Positions 27,223 to 46,789 of a stretch of 64,000 nt of DNA are shown here, in pieces. The notes beneath the pieces are model-generated. The model made no database searches. It was not told the DNA's origin and saw only the letters and a list, made by a program, of their open reading frames with translations. The position numbers and the translations under genes were made by a program. This DNA is from the human T2T-CHM13v2.0 reference genome, Homo sapiens: the NCBI RefSeq assembly GCF_009914755.1, contig NC_060929.1. One strand, written 5' to 3'. Each line of letters begins with the position of its first letter. Positions within the stretch are counted from its first letter, which is position 1.

Positions 27223-28325
27223 TTATTTTATTTTTCAAATGTCCATTGCTGGTATATAGTAATATAATTGAGTTTATACATTCACCTTGTATCGTATGAC
27301 CTTGCTAAATTCAACTTTTTCATTCTAGTAGCTTTTTCTCCTCCATAGATTCCTTAGGATTTTCTAACATAAAAATGTTATGTGTGAAAAAGATAGTTTT
27401 ATTATTTTTTTTGTCCAATATCTGTGTCTTTTCTTTATTTTTCATGCCTTTTTTGCAATGGTTAGAACTTCTAGTGCAATATCGAATAGAACTGATGAGA
27501 GAGGGTATCCTTGCCTGTTCACCATCTTAGGGACAGGTATTCAGTCTTTCCCTATTAAGTATGATAGTTAGCTATAGGCTCTTTGTAGATGTCCTAAAAC
27601 ATAGTCTGCTTTTAATTATTATCATGGTCTGGCAATTCTAAACAAAGCCAATGATAAAATACTTATCACTCCTAAAATATCTTTTGCTGGTCTGAGTTCC
27701 AAATAATTGCTGAAATTACTTCTGAGTTTGATTAATATATATCTAACCTTCAAATTTACATATTTGTATCAATTATCCTTTAGTAGTTGTATTCTATATG
27801 GAAGTTAATTAAGAGAATTCCCAGTTATACAGGGAATTCGTATTCCCCTCCCCCTCCCACCACTACCCCACACACTGACCCAGCAGCATGCTTTCTTTGG
27901 AGAAGAATTTGTAACAGATCGCAGTCATTCCAGCTTCCTTCAGGGGTAGTTTGTGCCTCCAACTCCTGGGATGCATATATTCCTGCATTTACACTGCAGA
28001 GTCCAAAGAAACAGTTATAGCACTGGGATTGCAAAGATGAAGAAACAGAACCTCACTTGCTTCAATTCTATCATCTATATGATTCCTTGGAGTTTTTGGT
28101 TTTGTGTTTAGAATTTAAAACAGTGAAACTGTGAGGTATAATATTTTTGTTTGGTAAGGGCAAATTTTTATTCTTATGTGAAATATTTTGAGTGATATTC
28201 TTAAAATTGACATTCATTTTAAATTCTATTCTTGTTATTTATTATTTAATTGTAACACTATTCATTTCTTTGACAGGCCATTATATAGGTCTAAGGTTTT
28301 TTCCCTTTAAAAATATATTAATGCA

Positions 28326-28612
28326 GGCCAGGCACGTGGCTCATGCCCTTAATCCCAGCTCTTTGGAAGGCCGAAGCAGGCAGATCACTTAAGGCCAGGA
28401 TTTGAGACAAGCCTGGGCAGCATGGCGAAACCCCGTCTCTATTAAAAATACAAAAATTAGCCGGGCATGGTGGCGCACGCCTCTAGTCCCAGCTATTTAG
28501 GAGGCCTAAGCATGAGAATCACTTAAACTCTGGAGGTGGAGGTTGCAGTGAGCCGAGATTGCGCCACTGCATTTCAGCCTGGCTGACAAAGCGAGACTCT
28601 GTCTCAAAATAT
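28326..28612 (+). mobile_element. AluS SINE
   Basis: Full Alu. Confidence 0.93.
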
Positions 28613-29814
28613 ACATATATATAAATGCAATGAAAAAAATATCAATAGTTATTTTTGCATATTTGTGCTATAATATGTTATTTTTATTTTTTACTTTTTG
28701 TAAAGTAAAAAATATTTATCTGCACCACATTCAACAAAAGATAATTTTTGTTGTCAGCATTGCTTTTTTGGTTATTGTTATGATTCATTTCAGTTCATGA
28801 TTATTTGTGACAATAATTTTAGTATAGAGAAGACACATTTGCTCCAGGGGTTGGTATGTTGCTTCTGCCATTGGTAAGATGGAGTCTGTGCAGGTCCAGC
28901 CCCAGGCAATTGTCAGCCCATTGACCATCCTACAAGTCAGATAGAGTGGGGTTTGGTTGGTTGCCTCTGATTATTTGTCTTCTAGGGACTATTTTGAGGT
29001 TTGTTCTGAGGCAAAGGCACAGATAAAACAGACAGATTAATGATGCATAGCCATGAAATGATTTTGCAAAGTTCTATCAGAAAACCCTGCACTGAGAGTC
29101 AGGACTCTGCCCTGTCACCACATTATCTGCTTTCTCCCCCTTGGGGTTGAATGAGACAATCTTTATTTCTTCTGGTCCTGAAATTCAATGAGTCTGTTAT
29201 CCCACTATGAAATATAAAGGGTTATTATTACTCTTGTTTTTGTTGTTTGTATTAATGAACAAAGAAGAGGCTCTGGAAACTTTGACCAGTGGGGCAGAAG
29301 GACAGCAAGACAGTTAAATATTTAAAAATGTTCTAAAGTAAAATTCGAGAGTCTTGTCCTCAGCTGTTTGAATTGGGCTTACTGTCACTGGCTGTGACCT
29401 TATACCTCATTCCCAAGGCTATGGGATCTTTACTAAGTTAAATTGCAGAGGGCAGACTGCAGTGGTGGCTAACCAATGCTATATCTGCCCTTCAGCTCAA
29501 GCCCATCTCTACCTGGGAATTTTCGGTGTGCTCAGACAGCAGAGACAGAGACCCATGCCCAATGTTGTCCTGTTGCTGGCAAAGCCAGGTACAACACCAG
29601 AGGTGAGAGCTCTGTGTTCATGGATCAACTGCATTAGAATCATGGAATGCTTCCAGAGCTAGTGAATCTAAAGGCAGGGCCCAGGAATCTGCCATAAACA
29701 TGTTTATATGACGATTAGTATCATGCATTCTGAAGTCTGAGCACCATTCGTATAGAAGAATGGCCAAGAGAGTGAGGATTTTAAAATGATTCAAAGCTGA
29801 TACAATAGAAATGA

Positions 29815-30162
<348 letters not shown>

Positions 30163-31934
30163 TCACAATATCTTTAATTATTAAATGGCCAGCGCTTTTT
30201 TTTTCTCCAAACTTGTCATTCTGCAAAATCAGGAGATGTCACTTTAAGTTGCATCAAGTACTGTGAGATAGATATGACTGATATGACAAATTATAAGGTG
30301 ACATTCATCACATGGAATCCATGGCCTGAATGAAAGGTTAGGAAAACTATGGGTTTCTAATGAGAAAGTCAAGTTTAATTAATTATCCTCTGAATAGATT
30401 TGCACTGGAGGTTTGGCACCTGAAGCTTAATAGCTAATTACAAGGGCTGCCAGTGAATAGTGGGTAATCTGCATCCCCAATTTCATGTTGGAGATGTCAT
30501 AATTGCTGTATATCACAGGACAGCAAGGCAGAGCAAATAGATACAAGCTTCAGCTTTCTAAAGGAATTCCATGATGCTGCTCTGAGAGTTGGAGAAAAGG
30601 TCCCAGTTGTCAACCACAGACTGCGATGAAGTCAGCAGTTTCAAGTAATGCAGTGTGTACCCAATTGCCTTTGAATCATGGAACCAGAGAGACTACCGCA
30701 TGGCCTCTAGCTGATCCCCTTCCACTAGGCCATTGATGCATCCAGTTATTTCAGACTATACCATTTTCCCCTATCCTTCCAAACCTATCTGCTATTCAGC
30801 CAGTTTCCTTTAGTAGTTAGATATCAGGCAGGGTTCCTGCAATTCACCATATCGAAAGAATTTGGCAAAATTCAACACCCCTTCATGATAAAATGTTATA
30901 ATCAATCTTGAATAGAAGAGGACTCAACTTGAGAAAGGGCATCTACAAAATATTTACAGGTAACATTGTACTTAATGCTACGAAACAATGTTTTCCCCTA
31001 ATGTCAAAAAATCACTTTGGTTGCAGAATGAAGAATGGCTTGTGGAGAGATGGGTAAAAGTCAATGATATAATTGCATCTAGGAAGTTATGGCAATAGTT
31101 CAGGTGAAGATGACAGCTTAGACTTGGATGGCAGCAATAGAAATGAGAGGTATTTGGGAAGATGGGGCTCATTCACAGATTGGGGATTATTCACAAATTG
31201 AGGGAGAGATCCAAACATAACTGCTAGGTATTAGCTTACTCGGCTGGATGGATGGTGCTGCCATTCATTGGGCAGAAAAATCAGGATGATTTTCTCTATA
31301 CCATGGCCCCCAAAAGTCAATTAGAAAAGTCTGATATCTGTGGAAGATATCCATATTCAAAATGGAGGTGAGGTATTTTCAAGTACATGAAATTGTGTTT
31401 ACATACACAGGGCTCCCTGACTGCAGAAAGCAATTGAGGGAAAAAGCAGGTCTTATGAAATAAATTACTGGGAAGACATGCCAATACTGAAATACTGGAG
31501 AAGAGGGGAGAATTGTATATTTCAAGGTGCTTTACAACAAGCTCTTTAACATATTATCTGATTTAAGTATGACCACATCCATGTGAGGTAGAATTTTTCT
31601 GATACCTGTTTTTAGATGATGATTGGAGTCCCAATTTATTAAGTGATTTGTCCAAAACTATTCAATGGTGAAAGGTTTTTAAGTGTAAATCTCCTGATTG
31701 CAGTGTCCCTAATCTTTTCAATGCTACAGTAAAAGTTAATTTCAGCTAAGAAGAGAGTCATTGGAAGGAATTCAGGTCTGCAGACTGGGTCCTCTCTAAT
31801 AGGCTATTTCTCTTTTCTCCCACCCAGCTAAATCCTACTCATCCTTCGAGACTCTGTTCAGATTGTTCATCTCCTGTAAATCTTTTGCACCCATTCCTAC
31901 TTACTGATTACTTCCATTTAAAAAAAAATTAAAT

Positions 31935-32127
31935 TATATGTTGTTTAATGTAATATGTTAAAATAGTATAATTTCAACATGCTATCAATATAAAAATGAT
32001 ACTTCACATTTTTCTGTACCAAATATTTGAAACCCAGCACGTATTTTATATTTACAATGAATCATAATTGGAAGTAGGCTCATTTCCAGTGCTTAGTGGC
32101 TAGTGGCTACTGTACTGGACAGCACAG
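31935..32127. mobile_element. MER33/MER3-like hAT-Charlie fossil
   Basis: Ends GTGGCTAGTGGCTACTGTACTGGACAGCACAG. Confidence 0.7.
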
Positions 32128-32440
32128 GTTTACAATCTAACCTTCAGTGTGATACTCACCTTAAAATGTACAAAAAGAGGTACATAATAGTTGATCCAAA
32201 ATTAAATAATGCTGTGTTAAAATGGGAAGTGAAAGACAAAATATCGTAGCATTTGGACATTATCTGATTACCAAGAGACATTTTACTGTGATTGAAGAGT
32301 GGCTAAGCAAATCTTTTTGACATCATTTTTACAAACACATTGCAGACTGGTTTTCTCTTTCCATTATCTCGTTGAAAGTCTGTCTGGGCACCTAGTTATT
32401 TTGTTCTATTTCTCCACTTAACAGTTGTTGTTCATTCTGA

Positions 32441-34595
32441 CCTATCTCAAAATAATAAGAGCTATTTGTGACAAACCTACAGCCAATATGATACTGAACG
32501 GGCAAAAACTGGAAGCATTCTCTTTGAAAACAAGACAAGGATGCCCTCTCTCACTACTTCTATTCAACATAGTCTTGGAAGTTCTGGCTAAGGCAATCAG
32601 GCAAGAGAAAGAAATAAAGTGTATTCAATTGGAAAAGAGGAAGTCAAATTGTCCCTGTTTGCAGATGACATGATTGTATATTTAGAAAGCCCCATCATCT
32701 CAGCCCAAAATCTCCTTAAGCTGATAAGCAACTTCAGCAAAGTCTCAGGATACAAAATCAATATGCAAAAATCACAAGCATTCCTATACACCAATAATAG
32801 ACAAACAGAGAGCCAAATCATGACTGCCCTCCCATTCACGATTGCTTCAAAAGAATAAAATACCTAGGAATCCAACTTAAAAAGGATGTGACGGACTTCT
32901 TCAAGGAGAACTACAAACCACTGCTCAATGAAATAAAAGAGGACACAAACAAATGGAAGAATATTCAATGCTCATGGATAGGAAGAATCAATATCATGAA
33001 AATGGCCATACTGCCCAAGGTAATTTATAGATTCAATGCTAGCTATCCCCATCAAACCACCACTGACTTTCTTCACAGAATTGGAAAAAACTACTTTAAA
33101 GTTCATATGGAACCAAAAAAGAGCCTGCATTGCCAAGACAATCCTAAGCAAAAAGAACAAACCTGGAGGCATCATGCTACCTGACTATACTACAAGGCTA
33201 CAGTAACCAAAAGAGCATGGTACTTGGACCAAAACAGATATATAGACCAATGGAACAGAACAGAGGCCTCAGAAATAACACCACACATCTACAACCATCT
33301 GACCTTTGACAAACCTGACAAAAACAAGCAATGGGGAAAGGATTCCCTGTTTAATAAATGGTGCTGGGAAAACTGGCTAGCCTTATGTAGAAAGGTGAAA
33401 CTGGATCCCTTCCTTACACTGTATACAAAAGTTAACTCAAGATGGATTAACGACTTAATGTAAGACCTAAAACCATAAAAACCCTAGAAGAAAACCTAGG
33501 CAATACCATTTAGGACGTAGGCATGGGCAAAGACTTCATGACTACAACACCAAAAGCAATGGCAACAAAAGCCAAAATAGACAAATGGAATCTAATTAAA
33601 CTAAAGAGCTTCTGCACAGCAAAAGAAACTATCATTAGAGTGAACAAGCAACCTACAGAATGGGAAACAATTTTTGCAATCTACCCATCTGCCAAAGGGC
33701 TAGTATCCAGAATCTACAAAGAACTTAAACAAATTTATAAGAGAAAAACAAAGAAACCCATCAAAAAATGGGCAAAGGATATGAACAGACACTTCTCAAA
33801 AGAAGACATTTATGCAGCCAACAGACACATGAAAAAACGCTCATCATCATGGTCATCAGATAAATGCAAATCAAAACCATAGTGAGATACCATCACACCA
33901 GTTAGAATGGCGGCCATTAAAAAGTCAGGAAACAACAGATGCTGGAGAGGATGTGGAGAAATAGGAATGCTTTTACACTGTTGGTGGGAGTGTAAATTAG
34001 TTCAACCATTGTGGAAGACAGTGTGGTGATTCCTTAAGGATCTAGAACTAGAAATACCATTTGACCCAGCAATTCCATTACTGGGTATATACCCAAAGGA
34101 TTATAAATCATGCTACTATGAAGACACATGCACACATATGTTTATTGTGGCACTATTCACAATAGCAAAGACTTGGAACCAACCCTGATGTCCATCAATG
34201 ATAGATTGGATTAAGAAAATGTGGCACATATACACCATGGAATACTATGCAGCCATAAAAAAGGATGAGTTCATGTCCTTTGCAGGGACATGGATGAAGC
34301 TGGAAACCATCATTCTCAGCAAACTATCACAAGGACAGAAAACCAAACACCGCATGTTCTCACTCATAGGTGGGAGTTGAACAATGAGAACACATGGACA
34401 CAGGGCAGGGAACATCACACACCAGGGCCTGTTGAGGGGTTGGGGGGCTGGGGGAGGGATAGCATTAGGAGAAATACCTAATGTAAATTATGAGTTGATG
34501 GGTGCAGCATATCAACATGGCACATGTATACCTATGTAACAAACCTGCACGTTGTGCACATGTACGCTAGAACCGAAAGTATATTAAAAAAAAAG
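32441..34595 (+). mobile_element. 5'-truncated L1PA (PA6-8-like), frameshifted ORF2 RT/C-terminus plus 3'UTR
   Basis: Broken ORFs [46 protein letters not shown]; L1PA 3'UTR and A-tail. Confidence 0.96.
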
Positions 34596-36006
34596 ATTTA
34601 AACATTTTAAAATCTATAATAGACGAGAGGAAAGTTAAAAAAATAAAATCCAATTGAAATTAAATTCTAGAAGATTAATGTTGCCAGTTATATTTTGATG
34701 ACAACAATAAACATAATGCAATTTTGTTAACTTATTGCTTTAAAATGCAAGTTGATAACCAACAATGGTACCATTTTAGCACAGGTAACTAACTACTTGT
34801 GTTTGAGTTTCCCAAGAGATAACCTGAATTGCAATAATGAAGAGGCACATAACTCATTAATGTTTTTTAGTCTCTTAAATAACATTAAAATTGTCTCAGA
34901 GTCTCTAGTATATTTAACAATTATATAAAGAAAAAAAAAGAGTTGTTCATCCTGCCATTCAGTAAATACCTGCTGACACCTTATTGGCCAAATGTGCCAG
35001 ATGCAGGGATGTGAAATATACCCCATGTCTGCTTTCACAAAGCTTCCAAAGTAGTGATAAAGAGAAAGAGAGTGAAAGACATGGGAAAACATATCTTTGT
35101 GTTTTATTTGATGATTATCATTCTGTGTCTATTATTTGTTTGAATATTAGTTTACCCCCATTTCTTTAACTGGAGTGAGAGGAATGGACTATATCTTCTT
35201 ATTCTTTTTATCTTCTTGGGACCTAGGAGAATGCCTTAATAAATACGTGTGGAATCCACTGCAATGGATGAATAAATGTGTGTTATTTTCTAGAACAGAG
35301 GTCCCTACAAAGCATACTAGGAATATAAAGAAACATTTCATCTTTCTGATGGAGAATAGAAAGGAATATAAGGCAGAGGGGACATATGGTCCAGGCCTTG
35401 AAGGACTTGACACAATTGAAGAAGCTGATAAGAAGGAAGTTTGAGGGAAAGAATGAATAGGAGTTTTCAGATGAGAAAGTCTGGGAGTAGAAGTACATCA
35501 CTTATGGTGGGTACTTTCTGAACGTTTGCTTAATAAATACACAAATAGGTAAAAGAAAGAACCTGAAGGACCTGAGGATGATCTACTTTGTGGAATTAGA
35601 AATGGAGGGAGTGAAGGGGTGGTGGCACAGCAGAAGGAACATGGGAAAAAGTGACAGCCACGAGTCGGCCGTTGCCATTGTTAACATTTGAAAGCAAAAC
35701 AAGACAACAGCAACGACCCTCTTGACGCTGGAGGTACAGTATTGTGTCCTGTTCTCTTAGCTTTGGGATAATGCCTATTGTATCCATCTGAGAACTTAAT
35801 GATTCCATAATCTCTCATTAACGTGAACAATTTCATTCAAGAAGGTTTATGGGCAGAGTGAAAAATAAGAAACCTAGCAGAGTGACATGCTTTTATTTTA
35901 CTGTAATGCATATAAAGGAAGACAAATATGCCAATAATACCCTTCTAATTCGATAGAACGGTCTCACAAGAACTTGTGCTATTTAGAAAAAGAGATACAG
36001 CAATGA

Positions 36007-36476
<470 letters not shown>

Positions 36477-37829
36477 TAAGGACACAGTTTTAATAGAGAC
36501 AACAAACTTAAAACTGTTAGAAATTTTCACCTGCCTCTATATTGTACAGTAAAGTAAAATTGATATTCCTTAAAAGTTCCAAGTTGAGAGCAAATGTAAG
36601 CCTGTACAGCCCAATTTTTCCATAAACAGAAACTAAGAAAGTAATAGGATTTTACTAAATACTAGTGAAAAAAAGAACATAGTATTAATCTTCCACATAA
36701 ACAAGGTCACATGCAAACATGAGCAAACCCCCAAAGTTGTACTGTTTGTGTTTCTTTATGGAACTCTTCTCTAGGTAACATATCTGACACTCCAACCCTC
36801 TTCAATTCCCCCATCACAATCCTGAGAAAAGCATTTCTCCTCTCACCACCACTGCCAGAGTAAGTGCCCTTTCCCCCCAGGCTCTCAGCCAGTCCAGCTT
36901 TACTTCTACACCCGGTTTCCACCTGGCTCATTTCTGCCTCTGGCCTTTTGTTCAGCTTTCCCTGCTTGGGGCACACACCCCATTCTCTTTAGTTCTTCCA
37001 CGATTCTGAACTCTTATAGAAATCACCCTTCATCTAGATTGTTTGCCTCTGAACCCTCTAGGCCTTGCTAAGGGGCGGGTAGAGGTTGGAATGAGAGCAG
37101 AGGGGGCAAAAAGTTCTGGTAGTCTGTTTTTCAGGACAAGCGCTCTGTCTCTGGAAATGGTAACAAGAGCCACATTAAACAGAAAGGCTTCCTTTCATGG
37201 ATGTTTCTGTTATATATATGCATTTTTTTTCAATCGGAGAGAAGAAGTGTACTTCCCCTGGCATTCAGTCATGTTCAGGATGAGGAAGTCAGACAAACAG
37301 GGAACCTAGGTTTTATGTGAACTTGCTGATTGAGACTGACAATGCCTGGTACTTGGATAGGACTCCATCTTTACCTTTACCATGAAGACAGGGTCTCACT
37401 GTCACCCCAACCACTTGCCTGATAGTATGGTTCCTGGGTGCTGGGGGACAGGGTAAGGAGTGGAGAGGTGTTTAGGGGGAGGAATACGGTTAGGAATCTT
37501 TTGTGTGTTGGCAGGAAACCTGGGTCCACCAGTTCCGGAGATCCTTGTTTACTATATACCAGACAGCGAGGCTGGTGATGATCTGGAAGATGTTTATTCA
37601 GAAGCCAGCAGCCAAAAGGGGTGGACAGAGCCAGAGGCAGGAAGTAAGAAAAGGTGACCTGAGAGCAGGAAGAGCAATGGAGTCATATAAATCACATACT
37701 GTCTTGTACTGCGATTGAAATATGCATCCATTCGTTTATACATTCATTTTTTTTCAACCAATAGTTACTGAATGCCTGTGTATTCACATTATTGAATGTG
37801 AATTCAATGCATCTTTTTAAGGTGGTAGT

Positions 37830-38165
37830 TCTTTTTGTTTTTTGTTTTTTTGGTGGTGGTGGTTGTTTTTTGAGACGGAGTTTCGCTCTGTCCCTCAGGC
37901 TGGAGTGCAGTGGTGCAATCTCGGCTCACTGAAAGCTCCGCCTCCCGGGTTCAAGCAATTCTTCTGCCACAGCCTCCTGAGTAGCTGGGATTACAGGCAT
38001 GCACTACCACACCCGGCTAATTTTTTAAAAATTTGTTTTATTTTTAGTACAGATGGGGTTTCACCATGTTGGCCAGGCTGGTCTCAAACTGCTGATCTAA
38101 AGTGATCCTCCTGCCTCAGCCTCCCAAAGTGCTGGGATTACCGGTGTGAGCCACCACGCCTAGCC
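37830..38165 (-). mobile_element. AluSx SINE
   Basis: Full Alu. Confidence 0.93.
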
Positions 38166-38809
38166 TAAGGTTTTGGTTTTGTATCTAAGTTTAGAAGCAT
38201 CTAAATTTTAAGTTTTATTGTTGTTGTTGTTGTTGCAGGAAAACACAGATCCTGGTGCCGAACATGAGGACAGGGCAGGCCGAAGGAGAAAGTGGAAGGA
38301 GGGGAGCTTCTCTCTCAGCCTCATCCTTCTGGGCCTGGATGCTGGAGAGTCATGAGGTGCTTCAGAGTACTCTGGGTGAGGAGGGAAAGATGGTGCCCAC
38401 CACATGGAGGCCAGCCTAGGTCTTGTATGAAACCTGTGAGGTATGAAGGAGTAATTTTTCTTTCTAAGCCATTTCTCTGCTTATTTCTCAGATCAGTGCC
38501 CTTTATGTTTGAACTTGGTGTGAATGACCATCTTAGTGATTCTTACTGCAATGACAATAGGGAGTTAAATGACATAAGTTTCTTTTTTATGGGAAAGGAT
38601 ATAAAAATGTATCTGCATGTGGTCAGTGTAGAATATTCCCAGCCAGAGGTGCAGTTTTCTGGATCCCTCCCACAGACATTGTGTGGAAGCACACCTATTA
38701 ACCGACAAGGGGCGAAATTTCACCAGAATAGAGAAGCATCCTCTTTGCCCTTTTCACAGGGGTGGGGATGAGGTTAGGGGTGGGGTTATACCTTCTTTGC
38801 TCACCCAGC

Positions 38810-40955
<2,146 letters not shown>

Positions 40956-40956
40956 A

Positions 40957-41790
<834 letters not shown>

Positions 41791-41791
41791 A

Positions 41792-42660
41792 CAGATTTCC
41801 ATTACGTTTCACCTTTGCACTTCTTAGGACTTTTGTGCTCTGCATTAAGTCCAGTCTGCCCAGAGTCTTCTTCTAGAGAGTGGCTAGCTCCAAATCCTAC
41901 AAACACTAAATACAGGAAGGTGAATAGAACAAGTTACATTCCCTGCTGATGCAACAGGTTCCAAATCCATAAATAGTACTTGTCATCTCCATTTTCCACC
42001 ATTTGCTCTAGATTTCCCTTAACCTTAGCCAATTATTTGGCTGATGTAGGTTGCTTTCCTGATGGCTGACTCAAAACTTTACCTCTGAGGGGTCTGAGCC
42101 TTTAGTTGACCTTGTAAAGTCATGATCACTGCGATTGCCCATCCACCATCACCAGTCATGGAATCATCAATAGATGTCCCTGTGAATCTTCTATGTCCTA
42201 GACACAGTCCTTCCTGCACACATAATGTAACAGCAGCCTTAGCTCTTCATGGTAATCAGAGTCGATTACTCTTTTCAGCATAGGAACACCTCTTTTTTCT
42301 TGCTGGTCTACTGCCATGAGGAACCCAAAATTCAAAAACAATAATCACACTTTAAGGTGAATGGAAGCGCTATCATTTCTGCTAGTGCGTACATTCACCC
42401 ACCTGAAAGTGGGACAATTAATTCAGCAGAACCTAGGCTCATTTGATGGGAAATGCACAACACTTTTAAGTGGATCATGAGAAGTGATGGTGAGGGGGGC
42501 AATCCTACTTCTACCTCATGTTTCCTGGACCAATGTTGCTAGACACTGGGAACATAACACCATGTATCAGCTATTGTTTTAGCACATATATACAATATTT
42601 TGGAGGACAGTGTCATTACCAACAGGTCGTTCTACCTGAGCCTGAGCTGACACTAAAAAT
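41792..42660 (-). mobile_element. Ancient ERVL internal (pol 3' end) remnant
   Basis: Degenerate similarity to ERVL/ERV3-16A3-type internal sequence recalled from consensus. Confidence 0.5.
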
Positions 42661-42669
42661 CCTTTTCAA

Positions 42670-44880
<2,211 letters not shown>

Positions 44881-44881
44881 T

Positions 44882-45920
44882 CTTCACACCTGTTAGGATT
44901 TTCACGTTGTTTTGTTTCACTTTTGAGGAAAAAGAGACAGGGTCTTGCTCTGTCACCCAAGCTGGAATGCAGTGGCACTCATAGCTCACTGCAGCCTCAA
45001 ACTCCTGGGCTGGCTTCAGTGATTCTTCCACCTCAGCCTCTGGGGTAGCTGGGACTACAGGCATGCACCGCCATGCCAGCTAAATTCTTTTATTTTAATT
45101 TTTTTTTGTAGGGATACATTCTTTCTATGTTGTCCAGGCTGGTCTCAAACTCCTGGCCTCAAATGATTCCCCCGCCTTGGCCTCCCAAAGTGCTTGGATT
45201 ACCACGCCCCACTGTTTTCTTTAAAAAGGAAAATAACAGTTGTTGGCAAGAATGTAGAGAAATTGGAACTCTTGTGCATTGCTGGTGGGAATATAAAATT
45301 GTGCAGCTGCAATGGAAAGCAGTTTGGTGGTTCTTCAAAAAGTTAAACAGAGAATTACCATATGATTTAGCAATTCCACTCCTAAGTATATGCCCCCAAA
45401 GAATTAAAAGCAGAGACTCAAATAGATACTTGTACACCAACGTCCACGGAAGTGTTAATTTGCAAAAGCCAAAAGGCATAAACAATTCAAATGTCAAAAC
45501 AGACGAATGGATGTATACACATACAATGGAATATTATTCATCTTTTTAAAGACAAGAAATTTGGGTATCTCCTACATCATCCTTTCAAGGATGAACCTTG
45601 AAAACATTATGCTAACTAAACTAACCACAAAAGGAAAAATATTGTATGATTCCATTAATATGAAGTACTTACAACAAACAAATTCATGGAGACAGAAAGT
45701 AAAATAGAGGTTTCCAGGGTCTGGGGGAATAGTAGATTGGGAAGTTATTGTTTAATGAGAACAGAGTTTCAGTTTAGGGTGATAAAAAAAATTCTGGAGA
45801 TGGATGGTGGGAATGGTTGCATGACAGTGAGAATATACTTAGTGCCACTCAACTGTACACTTAAAATGGCAAATTTTATGTTCTGTATATTTTACCACAA
45901 TAAAATTAAATCTCTTAAAA
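44882..45920 (+). mobile_element. L1MB 3' end with an antisense AluJ (44926-45208)
   Basis: ORF 45127-45549 part (GTLVHCWWEYKIVQ..KKLNRELPYD) and L1MB 3'UTR. Confidence 0.85.
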
Positions 45921-45930
45921 GTTAGTTACA

Positions 45931-46222
45931 GCCGGGCTCAGTGGCTCACGCCTGTAATCCTAGCACTTTGGGAGGCTGAGGTGGGCGGATCACGAGGTCA
46001 GGAGATCGAGACCATCCTGGCTAACACGGTGAAACCCCGTCTCTACTAAAACTACAAAAAATTAGCCAGGTGTGGTGGTGGGCACCTTTAGTCCCAGCTA
46101 CTCAGGAGGCTGAGGCAGAAGAATAGCTTGAACTGGGAGGTGGAGGCTGCAGTGAACTGAGTTTGTGCCACTACATTCCAGCCTGGGCGACAGAGCAAGG
46201 CTCTTTCTCAAAAAAAAAAAAA
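45931..46222 (+). mobile_element. AluSc/Y SINE
   Basis: Full Alu with TSD AAAAGTTAGTTAC. Confidence 0.93.
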
Positions 46223-46309
46223 AGTTAGTTACTACTGTTCAAGAATAAATTGTGCCTTATTTGCCAATATACGTCATTTGAGGAGGATGACAAAAATTGA
46301 AGAGCTTGA

Positions 46310-46643
<334 letters not shown>

Positions 46644-46789
46644 CCTACAAACTTTTAAGAAGATAAATGCTTGTAGAAATTTAATTACATTTTGCTTCTA
46701 TGAATTCCTGATGAAAACTTTCTGAAATCTGTCATAAATACATAATCAAAAGAAAAAATAAATATCTTTAATATTTTCACATCCCTGAG

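Larger units (their letters stand above)
24720..27600 (-). mobile_element. Old L1M (MC/MD-like) 3' portion, interrupted
   Basis: Long T-rich antisense L1 3'UTR/ORF2 homology. Confidence 0.8.

Noticed and set aside
32425-34481. Reverse transcriptase-like ORFs as a novel RT system
   Set aside because: Ordinary frameshifted LINE-1 ORF2 fragments
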